A stretch of DNA of 64,000 bases. Origin: Rhizobiaceae bacterium. GTDB taxonomy: Bacteria; Pseudomonadota; Alphaproteobacteria; Rhizobiales; Rhizobiaceae. The notes beneath the pieces are model-generated. The model saw only the letters and a list, made by a program, of their open reading frames with translations, had not been told where the DNA came from and did no database searches. The position numbers and the translations under genes are program-made. Shown piece after piece: positions 20,720 through 30,706 of this stretch (position 1 is its first letter; each line of letters starts with the position of its first letter). Where the stretch lies: NCBI GenBank assembly GCA_041742335.1, contig JBGSIT010000045.1, positions 4,992-68,991 on the forward strand, in the 5' to 3' direction.

Positions 20720-22354
20720 TCAGGCCTTGGCGGCCTGCAAGGCTGCCACCAATCCCGCCGTTGAGCTGTCCAGTCCGGCGCCGGTCTTTTCGCCGGTGAT
20801 GACCGGCAGCAATCCGGTGGCCAGTTCCTTGCCGAGTTCGACGCCCCACTGGTCGAAGGAATTGATGCGGAACATCACGCCTTCGACAAAGACCCGGTGC
20901 TCGTAAAGCGCGATCAACCGACCCAGCGCATGCGGCGTCAACCGGTCGTGGACGATGGTGACGGAAGGCCGGTTTCCGGCAAAGACGCGATGCGGGGCTA
21001 TTGCCGCGGCCTTGCCAGCATCCATGCCGGAAGCCAGCAACTGGCTGCGGGCCTCGTCAAGCGTCCGGCCCTTCATCAGGGCCTGGCTCTGGGCCAGGCA
21101 ATTGGCCATCAGCAGTCCGTGCTGGTGGCGGAGTTCAGGCTCGAAACCATTGGCGGCAATGATGAATTCCACCGGGATGATATCCGTGCCGTGATGCAGC
21201 AGCTGGAAAAAGGCGTGCTGGCCATTGGTGCCGGGTTCGCCCCAGACCACCGGGCCGCTGGCGCCCTCGACCGCGCTGCCGTCGATCCGGACGCTCTTGC
21301 CGTTGGATTCCATGTCGAGTTGCTGGAGATAGGCGGCAAAGCGCGACAGCCGCTGGTCGTAAGGAATGACGGCACGGCTGGTGCATCCAAGGACGAGGCG
21401 CTGATAGTAGCCGATCAGGCCCAGCAGGATCGGCATGTTGGCTTCCATCGGCGCCTGCCGGAAGTGGTTGTCCATGCTTTCAGCCCCACCCAGGAACGCC
21501 TTGAAGTCTTCCGGCCCGATTGCCAGCATGAGGGGAAGCCCGATGGCCGACCAGATCGAATATCGGCCGCCGACCCAATCCCAGAAGCCAAAGACGCGTT
21601 CGGGATTGATACCGAAGGCCGATACCTTGTCGAGCGCGGTTGATACTGCTGCAAAATGGTGCCCCACGGCATCTTCGCCCAGCTTGTCGGCAATGAATTT
21701 GCGCGCGGTGGCGGCATTGGTCATGGTCTCTATGGTGGTGAAGGTCTTGGAGGCGATGATGAACAGCGTTGTCTCCGCATCGACAAGCTTCAGCGTGTCG
21801 GCAATGTGGGCGCCGTCAATATTGGAGACATAATGCAGGCGCGGCCCGTCGTGATAGGGTGCAAGCGCCAGCGTGGTCATGGCAGGACCAAGATCGGATC
21901 CGCCAATGCCGATATTGACCACGTCGGCAATCTTCTTGCCGGTCGCGCCGCACAGCTTGCCGCTGCGAACATCGTTGGAAAAAACCGACATGGCCGCCAG
22001 TACCGTCCGGATGTCTCCCATCACATCCCTTCCATCCACCATGACTGCGCGGCTTGAGCTATTGCGCAAGGCGGTATGCAGAACAGCGCGCCCCTCGGTG
22101 GTGTTGATGACCGCGCCTGCGAACATCGCATCGCGTTTGGCGTGAACGCCGCTGGCATTGGCGAGCTTGAACAGCAGATCCAGAACCGGCCGGTTCAGCG
22201 CCGTCTTGGAATAGTCAAAAACCATGTCTTCAAAACGAAGATGCAGTTTGGCGAACCGGTTAGGATCAGCCGCGAAGGCCGCCCTGATATCGCTGGCCGA
22301 AGTGGCGGCCACCGTCTGCTTGAGCTCTTCGATAATCGGCGTCATCATGGTCAT
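20720..22354 (-). CDS. pgi: glucose-6-phosphate isomerase
   Basis: PGI signatures are present: [46 protein letters not shown]. Confidence 0.95.
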   Translation of the reverse strand: MTMMTPIIEELKQTVAATSASDIRAAFAADPNRFAKLHLRFEDMVFDYSKTALNRPVLDLLFKLANASGVHAKRDAMFAGAVINTTEGRAVLHTALRNSSSRAVMVDGRDVMGDIRTVLAAMSVFSNDVRSGKLCGATGKKIADVVNIGIGGSDLGPAMTTLALAPYHDGPRLHYVSNIDGAHIADTLKLVDAETTLFIIASKTFTTIETMTNAATARKFIADKLGEDAVGHHFAAVSTALDKVSAFGINPERVFGFWDWVGGRYSIWSAIGLPLMLAIGPEDFKAFLGGAESMDNHFRQAPMEANMPILLGLIGYYQRLVLGCTSRAVIPYDQRLSRFAAYLQQLDMESNGKSVRIDGSAVEGASGPVVWGEPGTNGQHAFFQLLHHGTDIIPVEFIIAANGFEPELRHQHGLLMANCLAQSQALMKGRTLDEARSQLLASGMDAGKAAAIAPHRVFAGNRPSVTIVHDRLTPHALGRLIALYEHRVFVEGVMFRINSFDQWGVELGKELATGLLPVITGEKTGAGLDSSTAGLVAALQAAKA

Positions 22355-22476
22355 CCCTTCGATAAATCGCAGGCGAACCTAATCGTTTCGCATGTGCAAA
22401 ATCAAGGGCGGTCAGGGCAAAAAGCCCATATCGGCCGGCAGGCTCCGGAATAGTCATTTCAAAGTAAAGCAAAATA

Positions 22477-24174
22477 TCAGCGCAATTCGCGCCGCAATAT
22501 CTTTCCGACGTTGGATTTCGGCAGCGTGTCGCGAAACTCGACATGCCTTGGCCGCTTGTAATTGGTCAGGCCGGCCGCGCAATGGGCCTTGACCCCTTCC
22601 ACCGTCAGCGCCGGGTCCTTGCGGACGACGAAAAGCTTGACGGCCTCGCCGGTGGTTGCGTCGGGAACGCCGATGGCGGCGCATTCAAGAACCGCCGGGT
22701 TTGAGGCGCAGACTTCCTCGACTTCGTTGGGATAGACGTTGAAGCCGGAGACAAGGATCATGTCCTTCTTGCGGTCGACGATCCTGATATGGCCGCTTTC
22801 GTCCATGACACCGATATCGCCTGAGCGGAAATAATCGTCATCCATCATCACCTTGGCGGTTTCATCCGGCCGGTTCCAGTAACCGGCCATGACTTGAGGG
22901 CCGCGAATGCAGATTTCGCCGATTTCGCCGATGGGAAGCGTCCGGCCGTCGTCGTCGCGGATCTCGATATCGGTCGAGGGGAAGGGAAGGCCGATCGTCC
23001 CGGAAAATTCGGTGGCGTCAAAACGGTTCGCCGTGGCGATGGGCGAGGTTTCCGAAAGGCCGTAGCCTTCGGAAATGAGGCCGCCAGTGATTTTCTGCCA
23101 TTGATCGGCAACGCTGCGCTGGCAGGCCATGCCGCCTGCCAAAGTCAGTCGCAGGCTGGAAAAATCAAGCTTGGCAAAATCCTCATTATGGTTCAGCGCG
23201 TTGAAAAGCGTGTTGAGGCCGGGAAAGATGTTGAATTTGTACTTGGCAATTTCCTTGATGAAAGCCGGCAAGTCGCGCGGATTGGGAATGAGTATATTGT
23301 TGCCGCCTTCCGCCATGCCCATCATCATGTTCACCGTCAATGCGAAAATGTGATAGAGCGGCAGCGGGCAGACGAAGACCAGCGGATCCGGCTTGGACTT
23401 GGTTCGAAACGCGGTCTGCAGCCAGATCTGCGATTGCGATGTATTGGCGAGGATATTGGCGTTCGTCAGGGTGGCGCCCTTGGATACGCCGGTCGTGCCG
23501 CCGGTATATTGCAGGAAGGCGACGTCTTCCGGCTTGATGTCGACCGGCTGCAATGCGCGGTCGGCGCCTTCTTTCAGCGCCTGCTTGAAGGGGATATGGC
23601 CGTCAATCGACCAAGCGGGGACCAGCTTCTTGATGCTGCGGACCACAAAGTTGACGAGCAGGCCTTTCAGGCCGAGCAGATCGCCCATCGTCGCTACGAC
23701 AACATGCTTGACATGCGTCTGGGACACGACCTGGGCCACCGTGGCGGCAAAGTTTTCCAGAACGAAGATCACCTTGGCGCCGGAATCGGTCAACTGATGC
23801 TGGAGTTCGCGCGGCGTATAGAGCGGATTGACGTTGACGACCGTATATCCCGCCCGGAGGATGGCAAATATGGCGACCGGATATTGCAGGATATTGGGAA
23901 ACATGACGGCAACGCGGTCGCCCTTTTCCAGGCCCTTCATTTGCAGCCAGGCGCCGAGGACGGCGGCCATGTGGTCAAGCTCTGCATAGGTCATGGACTT
24001 GCCCATGCAGGTAAAGGCCGTCCGTCCGGAATGGATCGCGCAGCAGTTTTCAAAAAGCCCGGCCACCGAGGAATAAGCAAGCGGCGGGATTTCCGCCGGC
24101 ACCCCTTCAGGATAGGATTTCAACCAGATCTTGTTGGCCGCCTTGCCGTCCAGGTGGCTCGTTTCCGCGCTCAT
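22477..24174 (-). CDS. fadD: long-chain-fatty-acid--CoA ligase
   Basis: AMP-binding motifs (LQYTGGTTGVSKGA, EGYGLSET) and the FadD-type N-terminus (WLKSYPEGVPAEI) are present. ATG 24174 is preferred to 24189. Confidence 0.85.
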   Translation of the reverse strand: MSAETSHLDGKAANKIWLKSYPEGVPAEIPPLAYSSVAGLFENCCAIHSGRTAFTCMGKSMTYAELDHMAAVLGAWLQMKGLEKGDRVAVMFPNILQYPVAIFAILRAGYTVVNVNPLYTPRELQHQLTDSGAKVIFVLENFAATVAQVVSQTHVKHVVVATMGDLLGLKGLLVNFVVRSIKKLVPAWSIDGHIPFKQALKEGADRALQPVDIKPEDVAFLQYTGGTTGVSKGATLTNANILANTSQSQIWLQTAFRTKSKPDPLVFVCPLPLYHIFALTVNMMMGMAEGGNNILIPNPRDLPAFIKEIAKYKFNIFPGLNTLFNALNHNEDFAKLDFSSLRLTLAGGMACQRSVADQWQKITGGLISEGYGLSETSPIATANRFDATEFSGTIGLPFPSTDIEIRDDDGRTLPIGEIGEICIRGPQVMAGYWNRPDETAKVMMDDDYFRSGDIGVMDESGHIRIVDRKKDMILVSGFNVYPNEVEEVCASNPAVLECAAIGVPDATTGEAVKLFVVRKDPALTVEGVKAHCAAGLTNYKRPRHVEFRDTLPKSNVGKILRRELR

Positions 24175-24405
24175 GCATTCTCCTCCCAAAGAAATTCAAA
24201 TCGCTGTCGTTCTTGCCTTTGTCCCGTTTTTCGACAATATCCGCTCCATGCGGCAGGACATGAATACAAAACCTTGTCTTTAATATTTCAGATCATGCTT
24301 GTCGCAGCCTTGTTCAAGTGCCCAGCGATCAATAGCTGACTTTAACGTGCACGTAAATATTAGCATCTGCTCGATTTGCACGCGGCCCGGGGCGACGGCG
24401 AACCG

Positions 24406-25011
24406 TTATTGATGAAGGATCAATTGTCCCGCGATGAACCACATGACTGCGCCGATCAGGCTGTCGAGAATGCGCCAGGAGCGCGGTGATGCGAGCACCG
24501 GCCGCAGCAACCGCGCGCCGAAGCCGAGCGCGAAGAAAAACAGGAATGAGGCTGTGATCGCGCCTGCCGCAAAGACCGGCTGATGACCGGGATAGCGGGT
24601 CGACAGCGTACCGATCAGCACCATCGTATCGAGATAGAAATGCGGATTGAGCCAGGTCAAGGCAAGGCAGGTTGAAAGCGTGAGGGCAAGCGATCGCGGC
24701 GGCGCATCGGCCGGTGAAAGGCCGCTCCCGACGGCAAAAGCGGCGTAAAAGCACTTCGCGCCATAAAACAGCAAGAAGGCCGCGCCGCCATAGCGCATGG
24801 CAGGATCGACCCAGGGAAACGCTGCGATGACCAGTCCGAATCCGCTGATTCCCAAAGTCATGGCGAGCGCATCGGAGAGGCCGCAAACCAGAACCACCGG
24901 CAGCACATGCTCCTTGCGCAGGCCCTGTTTCAGGACGAATGCGTTCTGGGCGCCTATGGCGAGGATCAAACCCAGGCTGGCAAAAAAACCGGTCAGGAAG
25001 GCGACATGCAT
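24406..25011 (-). CDS. LysE/ArgO family basic amino-acid exporter
   Basis: 201 aa with 5-6 TM segments. The N-terminus FLTGFFASLGLILAIGAQNAFVLKQG is typical of LysE/ArgO. Confidence 0.8.
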   Translation of the reverse strand: MHVAFLTGFFASLGLILAIGAQNAFVLKQGLRKEHVLPVVLVCGLSDALAMTLGISGFGLVIAAFPWVDPAMRYGGAAFLLFYGAKCFYAAFAVGSGLSPADAPPRSLALTLSTCLALTWLNPHFYLDTMVLIGTLSTRYPGHQPVFAAGAITASFLFFFALGFGARLLRPVLASPRSWRILDSLIGAVMWFIAGQLILHQ

Positions 25012-25101
25012 GAAAGATTAACTCCAATCCGCCCTGTCATTAGACAGGCCATCGGCATAAATCTAATTAAAAAATGTTATGTTCGTTCAGGAAAACTCAG
25101 C

Positions 25102-25507
25102 ATGCTTGATTACGGTTCGTTGGATGCGCTGACGGCTGTCTTGCGTGACGGCAGTTTCGGCAGCGCCAGCCCTGACCTTCAATCAGAAAGACAATCTGCA
25201 AAAAGCATGGATCGGCCAGAATTTCGAAGGCAAGGTGCGATTTCCGACTCATTGGCTGCCCTCAAGCCAGGGGCTCGTTGCAGCCTGCCTTTCCGGCATG
25301 GGCTGGTGCCTCAACCCGGCCCTGCTGGTCGATCCGCTTATTGCGGGGGGCCTCGTCGAATTGCTGCCCGGCAGGTTTTACGACGTCCCGCTCTATTGGC
25401 AGGCCGGACGGCCGGCCTCGAGGGCAATTGATTCCGTGAGCGCACAGGTCGTCCAAGCGGCTCGCCGCGAACTGGTCGGCGTCGGCGCGGAATCGGCGCA
25501 TTCATGA
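25102..25507 (+). pseudogene. ArgP/LysG-like LysR regulator remnant with a large internal deletion and a frame change
   Basis: In frame 1 from ATG 25102 the translation is MLDYGSLDALTAVLRDGSFGSA, the start of the LysR HTH. From about 25160 the similarity continues in frame 2 as ..PALTFNQKDNLQKAW..HWLPSSQGLVAACLSGMGWCLNP..VPLYWQ, the C-terminal third of ArgP. About 170 residues (most of the HTH and effector domain I) are missing. Confidence 0.7.
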
Positions 25508-25711
25508 GCCGGCTTCGGCTTCGAAAAAGGCTTCAACCTGTTTATTGAGTGGGCAGAAAGCCAGATATACTAAACAAAATCCAGAATTGACAAATGTTTG
25601 GTTGCGGTGCGGTAACGCGATGAAAGAATACTGAAAATAACCAATTTGGCATCAAATAATCACATTCATTGCTTTCCGGATGTTGCGGCGCAGTAGATTT
25701 TTTCGCTTGAA

Positions 25712-25741
25712 ATGTTTAGTAAAATGAATTTCACTAAACAT
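25712..25741. promoter_or_regulatory. perfect 9-bp inverted repeat, operator candidate upstream of the dha-associated ABC operon
   Basis: ATGTTTAGT (25712-25720), a 12-nt spacer, then ACTAAACAT (25733-25741). Related half-sites ACTAAACA (25569-25576) and ATGTTTGGT (25594-25602) lie 110-140 bp upstream. Confidence 0.45.
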
Positions 25742-25939
25742 ATTGCTCAACATTCGGTTCAATGCGGAATGTCAGGCAACGGGGTGTTGTCAGGTTTGAA
25801 CCGACGCCTGGGAGGCTCTGAAACTTTGGGTTTGCGCATCGACGCTTCGTGCTCCTGACGGGAGTGCCGGCGACAGGCGCCTTATTGGGAAAATTCAGCG
25901 ATGGCGGCATGGTGCCGCTTGATATTCTGGGAGGAATGC

Positions 25940-27262
25940 ATGTTGACGAAGAACAAGACTCTGATGGGCATGACGGCAGCACTTCTGCTTTCGACGGCCG
26001 TTCCAAACATGGCGCGCTCCGCCGAACTGACCTTGTGCTGGGCAGCCTGGGATCCCGCAAACGCCTTGGTCGAATTGTCCAAGGATTTCGAGGCGAAGAC
26101 CGGCACGACGATGAAGTTCGAATTCGTGCCGTGGCCGAATTTCGCCGACCGCATTCTCAACGAACTGAATTCCGGCGGCAAGCTTTGCGATCTGCTGATC
26201 GGCGACAGCCAGTGGCTGGGTGGTTCGGCCGAGAACGGCTATTACGTCAAGCTCAATGATTTCTTCGACAAGGAAGGCATCAAGATGAGCGACTTCGCGC
26301 CGGCCGCCGTGGAAGCCTATTCCACATGGCCCAAAGGCACGCCCAATTATTGGGCCCTGCCAGCCATGGGCGACGCCAATGCTTGGTTTTATCGCAAGGA
26401 CTGGTTCTCCAAGCCGGAAATCATGGCAGAATTCAAGGAGAAAACAGGCCGCGACATCGCTCCGCCCAAGACCTGGGACGAGTTGATCGAAACCGCAAAG
26501 TTCTTCAATGAGCGCGAAATCGACGGCAAGAAGGTCTATGGCACGGCGATCTTTACCGAGCGTGCTTCCGAAGGCATCACCATGGGCGCCACCTCGGCCC
26601 TTTATGCCTATGGCTTCAAATACGAAAACACCCCCGGCAAATATGACATGGAAGGTGCGGTCAATTCCGACGACGCCGTCAAGGGCCTGGAAGCCTACAA
26701 GGAACTCTACAAATATACCCCTCCGGGCTACACCGACAGCTATATGGGTGAAGGCCTTGATGCGTTCAAATCCGGTCAGGTCGCCATGGCGATGAACTGG
26801 TTTGCCTTCTTCCCCGGACTTGCCAAGGACGAAAAGGTCGGTGGCGACAAGATCGGCTTCTTCGTCAATCCGTCCGAAAAGGTCGCAGCCTCCACTTTGG
26901 GCGGCCAAGGCATTTCCGTGATTGCCAATACCGACAACATGGAAGGCGCGCTTGCCTACATCAAGTGGTTCGCCGAACCCGAAGTCCAGAAGAAGTGGTG
27001 GTCGCTGGGCGGCTATGCCGTTCACAATGCGGTGCTGGAAGACCCGAGCTTCAAGGACAGCCTGCCCTTTGCTGCCGACTTCCTGGTCGCCATGAACCAG
27101 GTCAAGGATTTCTGGCAGGAACCGGCTTACGCAACCTTGCTGCAGGCCATGCAAAAGCGCCTGCATGATTACGTGGTCGCCGACAACGGCACTGCCAAGG
27201 AAGCCCTGGACGCACTTGTCCAGGATTGGACCGAAACCTTCAAGGATGAAGGCAAGCTTTGA
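25940..27262 (+). CDS. ABC transporter substrate-binding protein (family 1 / CUT1-type)
   Basis: Signal peptide MLTKNKTLMGMTAALLLSTAVPNMARSA; GGGAGGA RBS upstream; about 440 aa with the SBP_bac_1-like pattern. Confidence 0.8.
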   Translation: MLTKNKTLMGMTAALLLSTAVPNMARSAELTLCWAAWDPANALVELSKDFEAKTGTTMKFEFVPWPNFADRILNELNSGGKLCDLLIGDSQWLGGSAENGYYVKLNDFFDKEGIKMSDFAPAAVEAYSTWPKGTPNYWALPAMGDANAWFYRKDWFSKPEIMAEFKEKTGRDIAPPKTWDELIETAKFFNEREIDGKKVYGTAIFTERASEGITMGATSALYAYGFKYENTPGKYDMEGAVNSDDAVKGLEAYKELYKYTPPGYTDSYMGEGLDAFKSGQVAMAMNWFAFFPGLAKDEKVGGDKIGFFVNPSEKVAASTLGGQGISVIANTDNMEGALAYIKWFAEPEVQKKWWSLGGYAVHNAVLEDPSFKDSLPFAADFLVAMNQVKDFWQEPAYATLLQAMQKRLHDYVVADNGTAKEALDALVQDWTETFKDEGKL

Positions 27263-27370
27263 CAAGCAGGCCGGGCTTTCCAAAACTGTGCCCATCGCAT
27301 GGCCAATCCCTTGCGGGAGACCGGTGCGCAGGTACAATATCGGTCAAGGCCCGGCCAAATTGCAACGGCT

Positions 27371-27438
27371 CGGAACGGATCAATTTTCCGTTCCGCAACC
27401 GGGGTTGGTCGCCCGAACCTTCTCCTCCACCGGGCGAC
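27371..27438 (+). other. two intercistronic stem-loops between the binding-protein and permease genes
   Basis: First stem: CGGAACGGA/TCCGTTCCG (27371-27379 and 27387-27395). Second stem: GTCGCCCG/CGGGCGAC (27408-27415 and 27431-27438). No U-tract follows, so they are probably mRNA-stabilising or processing structures. Confidence 0.4.
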
Positions 27439-27483
27439 ACATCCTCTGGCAGGGTCTAACCCCATTATCCAAAGGCATTTTTC

Positions 27484-28452
27484 GTGACTGATGCACATTC
27501 AACAATGATCGACAAAACGGCGGAAGCTGCCGTGCGGATCACACCGGTGCCGCTTGCAGCCCATGTCCGGGGATTGTCGGATCGGGCGATCGCATGGATC
27601 TTCATTCTGCCAACCATGTTGCTGCTACTGGCGATCAACATCTTTCCGTTGATCTGGGCCGTCTATCTGTCTTTTACCAATTTCAAGGCCAATCGGCCCA
27701 ACGCCGAGGTCAAGGGTGTCGGCATTGAAAATTATACACGGGTGCTGACCGATACCGACACATGGATCGCCATGCAGACGACAGCGCATTTCGTGTTCTG
27801 GACCATTGTGCTGCAGACCCTGATCGGCTTCTCGCTGGCCTATCTGATCGACCGCAAGTTTCGCGGCCATGGTTTCTGGACCACTGTCATCCTCATTCCG
27901 ATGATGCTGTCACCGGCCGTGGTCGGCAATTTCTGGCGCTTTCTCTACCAGCCGCAAATCGGCCTGTTCAACTACATTGTTTCCTTTTTCACCGGCATAG
28001 AGCCCTCTTCCTTCGAAATGCTCGGTTCCGTCAATCTCGCACCCTGGGCCATCGTCATCGTCGATACCTGGATGTGGGCGCCCTATGTGATGCTGATCTG
28101 CCTTGCCGGCCTGCGCTCCATCCCGGATTACATCTATGAGGCGGCGGAAGTGGACCGGGCATCGACCTGGCGGCAATTCTGGTCAATCACCATCCCCATG
28201 GCGCTGCCTTTCATCATGCTGGCCGTGCTGTTCAGGGGCATCGAGAACTTCAAGATGTTCGACATGGTCGTGTTGCTGACCGGCGGCGGGCCGGGTTCGA
28301 CCACAGAGGTCGCCTCTATCACGCTGAAACGCCAGGCTTTTGAAAGCTGGCATACCGGGCGATCATCGGCATTTGCCATCATACTGTTCATCGCGGTGTT
28401 TGGTCTGGCCAACATCTATGTCAAGGCCCTCAACAAGGTGAAGCAAAGATGA
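27484..28452 (+). CDS. ABC transporter permease (MalF/UgpA-like)
   Basis: Six TM segments with a binding-protein-dependent transport inner-membrane domain. It starts at GTG 27484, or alternatively at ATG 27505. Confidence 0.8.
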   Translation: MTDAHSTMIDKTAEAAVRITPVPLAAHVRGLSDRAIAWIFILPTMLLLLAINIFPLIWAVYLSFTNFKANRPNAEVKGVGIENYTRVLTDTDTWIAMQTTAHFVFWTIVLQTLIGFSLAYLIDRKFRGHGFWTTVILIPMMLSPAVVGNFWRFLYQPQIGLFNYIVSFFTGIEPSSFEMLGSVNLAPWAIVIVDTWMWAPYVMLICLAGLRSIPDYIYEAAEVDRASTWRQFWSITIPMALPFIMLAVLFRGIENFKMFDMVVLLTGGGPGSTTEVASITLKRQAFESWHTGRSSAFAIILFIAVFGLANIYVKALNKVKQR

Positions 28453-29402
28453 GTGCGCAAAATACAGCCCATTCGGTGGTCGAACCGGGCGTCATGTCCA
28501 AGCGGATCGCAGGTGCCATCGTCATTCTTTACGCGGTCATCACCATGGTGCCGCTGGCCTGGATCTTCATCACCTCGATCAAGTCGCCGCCCGATTCCAT
28601 CAGCTATCCGCCCAAGATCGTCTTCTCGCCGACGCTGGAAGGCTATTGCAATCTGTTTACCACCCGTACCCGTCAGACCGCGGAGTATATCGAATCGCTC
28701 GGCACCCCCACCTCGAAGTGCGACGAGATCACCCGCAACCGCAACATGGTGATTGCCGGGCCATCCAATTATTGGCCGCGTTATGTCAATTCGCTGGTCA
28801 TCGCCTTTGGCTCGACCTTCCTGGCGGTATCTTTGGGCACGTTGACGGCCTACGGATTTTCGCGCTTCAAAGTGCCGTTGGCCGATGACCTGCTGTTTTT
28901 CGTGCTGTCGACCCGGATGATGCCGCCCATCGCGGTGGCGATTCCAATCTATCTGATGTATCGCGAGCTTGGGCTTTCGGATACCGCGCTGGGCATGATC
29001 CTGCTTTATACGGCGGTCAATGTGTCGCTTGCCGTCTGGCTGCTCAAGGGTTTCATCGACGAGATCCCGCGCGAATATGAGGAAGCGGCGATGATCGACG
29101 GCTATACGCGCCTGCAATCCTTCTTCAAGGTCGTATTGCCCCAGGCCACCACCGGCATTGCCGCCACCGCGATTTTCTGCCTGATCTTTGCCTGGAACGA
29201 ATATGCTTTTGCGGTGTTGCTGACCTCCGGCACGGCCCAGACAGCCCCGCCCTTCATCCCAACCATCATCGGCGAAGGCGGTCAGGATTGGCCGGCGGTT
29301 GCTGCCGGCACAACCATCTTCCTGGTGCCGATCCTGGTTTTCACCATTCTCCTGCGCAAGCAACTCCTGCGTGGCATAACATTCGGAGCGGTGCGCAAAT
29401 GA
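28449..29402 (+). CDS. ABC transporter permease (MalG/UgpE-like)
   Basis: The EAA-loop region (EEAAMIDGYTRLQSFFKVVLP) is present. The ATG overlaps the upstream stop (ATGA). Confidence 0.85.
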   Translation: MSAQNTAHSVVEPGVMSKRIAGAIVILYAVITMVPLAWIFITSIKSPPDSISYPPKIVFSPTLEGYCNLFTTRTRQTAEYIESLGTPTSKCDEITRNRNMVIAGPSNYWPRYVNSLVIAFGSTFLAVSLGTLTAYGFSRFKVPLADDLLFFVLSTRMMPPIAVAIPIYLMYRELGLSDTALGMILLYTAVNVSLAVWLLKGFIDEIPREYEEAAMIDGYTRLQSFFKVVLPQATTGIAATAIFCLIFAWNEYAFAVLLTSGTAQTAPPFIPTIIGEGGQDWPAVAAGTTIFLVPILVFTILLRKQLLRGITFGAVRK

Positions 29403-29605
29403 ATACGCCCTCGAACCCACCCCCAAAGGCGCGCAGGTCCTTTCTCCTGCGGCGCGGGCCTATGGAAAATATCGCCACGACGCTGATCGGCCTCGGCTTC
29501 CTGATGCTGTTCCAGCCCTTCGTTCTGGCGCTTTACACCTGGTCCTTCCTCACCTTGCTGGCGGGCACCGTAATGTTCATCATTGTTTCGAAATTTCCGG
29601 AGTGA
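29399..29605 (+). CDS. small two-TM membrane protein embedded in the ABC operon
   Basis: 68 aa (47 aa if translation starts at ATG 29462). The C-terminal part, TLIGLGFLMLFQPFVLALYTWSFLTLLAGTVMFIIV, is hydrophobic. The ATG overlaps the permease stop (ATGA), and its own stop is followed directly by the ATPase ATG. Confidence 0.55.
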   Translation: MNTPSNPPPKARRSFLLRRGPMENIATTLIGLGFLMLFQPFVLALYTWSFLTLLAGTVMFIIVSKFPE

Positions 29606-30706
29606 ATGATGGCCGAGATCAAGGTTGAAAATCTGAAAAAGGCTTTTGGCGATTTTGTCGCCGTGAAGAAGTCGAACTTCGTGGTTGCCGATGGCGAGTT
29701 CCTGGCGCTGCTCGGACCATCGGGTTGCGGCAAGACAACGACATTGCGGATGATTGCCGGGTTGGAACTGCCAAGCGAAGGTCAGATCCTGCTTGATGGC
29801 GAGGACGTGACCTTCAAGCGCGCCAGCGGCCGCGACATTGCCTTTGTCTTCCAGCTTTTCGCGCTGTATCCGCATATGAATGTGCGCAAGAATATCGGTT
29901 TTCCATTGCTCTCCCAAGGCGTGCCCCGATCCGAAATCCGCTCGCGGGTTGAGGAGACGGCGCGGCTGCTGCAGATCGACCACATTCTCGACAAGTCCGT
30001 CTCGGGACTTGCCGGCGGCGACCGCCAGCGTGTCGCCCTGGGTCGCGCCATCGTGCGCCGCCCGAAATGCTTCCTGATGGATGAACCGCTCGGTACGCTC
30101 GACGCCGAATTCCGCGATGTCATGGTGCGGGAGTTGAGGGAATTGCACAACCGCATCCATGCAACGACGGTCTATGTGACCCATGACCAGCTGGAAGCCA
30201 TGGCGATGGCCGACAAGATCGCCGTCATGAACCACGGCGTCATCGAGCAATTCGGCACGCCGCAGGAAATCTACAATCGCCCGGCCTCGATGTATGTCGC
30301 CGATTTCATCGGCACGCCGTCTATGAATTTCCTGCGCTTCAATGCCGGCCTGCAAAAGGGCTCGACATCGGTGTCGCTGGATGGCGTCAGCATCGGTGTT
30401 CCGGAGATCGGCGAGGACAAGGCGGGCGGCGAAATCGCGCTCGGGGTCCGCCCGGAGCATATCCGCTTTTCCGATGCGTCCGGTTTGCGCGGCAGTATCT
30501 ATGCCACCGAGTATCTTGGCACCAACCAGATCGTCGCCGTCGAGACGGCCAAGGGCAGGATCAATGCCCGGATGCCGGCGGACCTCAATTTCACCATCGG
30601 CGAGAATGTCGGCCTTGAACTCAACGCCGAGCGGCTGGCGCTGTTTGATTGCAAAACCGGCCGGGCCATTGCATCCAGCCTGTATCAGGAGGCCCGTCAT
30701 GGCTGA
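29606..30706 (+). CDS. ABC transporter ATP-binding protein (UgpC/MalK-like) 1
   Basis: Walker A (GPSGCGKTT), signature (LAGGDRQRV) and Walker B (CFLMDEPL) are present, with a C-terminal TOBE-like domain. Confidence 0.88.
   Translation: MMAEIKVENLKKAFGDFVAVKKSNFVVADGEFLALLGPSGCGKTTTLRMIAGLELPSEGQILLDGEDVTFKRASGRDIAFVFQLFALYPHMNVRKNIGFPLLSQGVPRSEIRSRVEETARLLQIDHILDKSVSGLAGGDRQRVALGRAIVRRPKCFLMDEPLGTLDAEFRDVMVRELRELHNRIHATTVYVTHDQLEAMAMADKIAVMNHGVIEQFGTPQEIYNRPASMYVADFIGTPSMNFLRFNAGLQKGSTSVSLDGVSIGVPEIGEDKAGGEIALGVRPEHIRFSDASGLRGSIYATEYLGTNQIVAVETAKGRINARMPADLNFTIGENVGLELNAERLALFDCKTGRAIASSLYQEARHG

Noticed and set aside
30342-30698. 5' extension of the second ABC ATPase ORF; likewise 34549-34752 for Enzyme I and 10802-11521 for the RbsD/FucU gene
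   Set aside because: These extensions lie wholly inside the preceding, well-supported gene in another frame, and encode Arg/Ser/Pro-rich sequence. The conserved N-termini begin at the internal ATGs (30699, 34753, 11233), each with the stop/start overlap typical of coupled operon genes.
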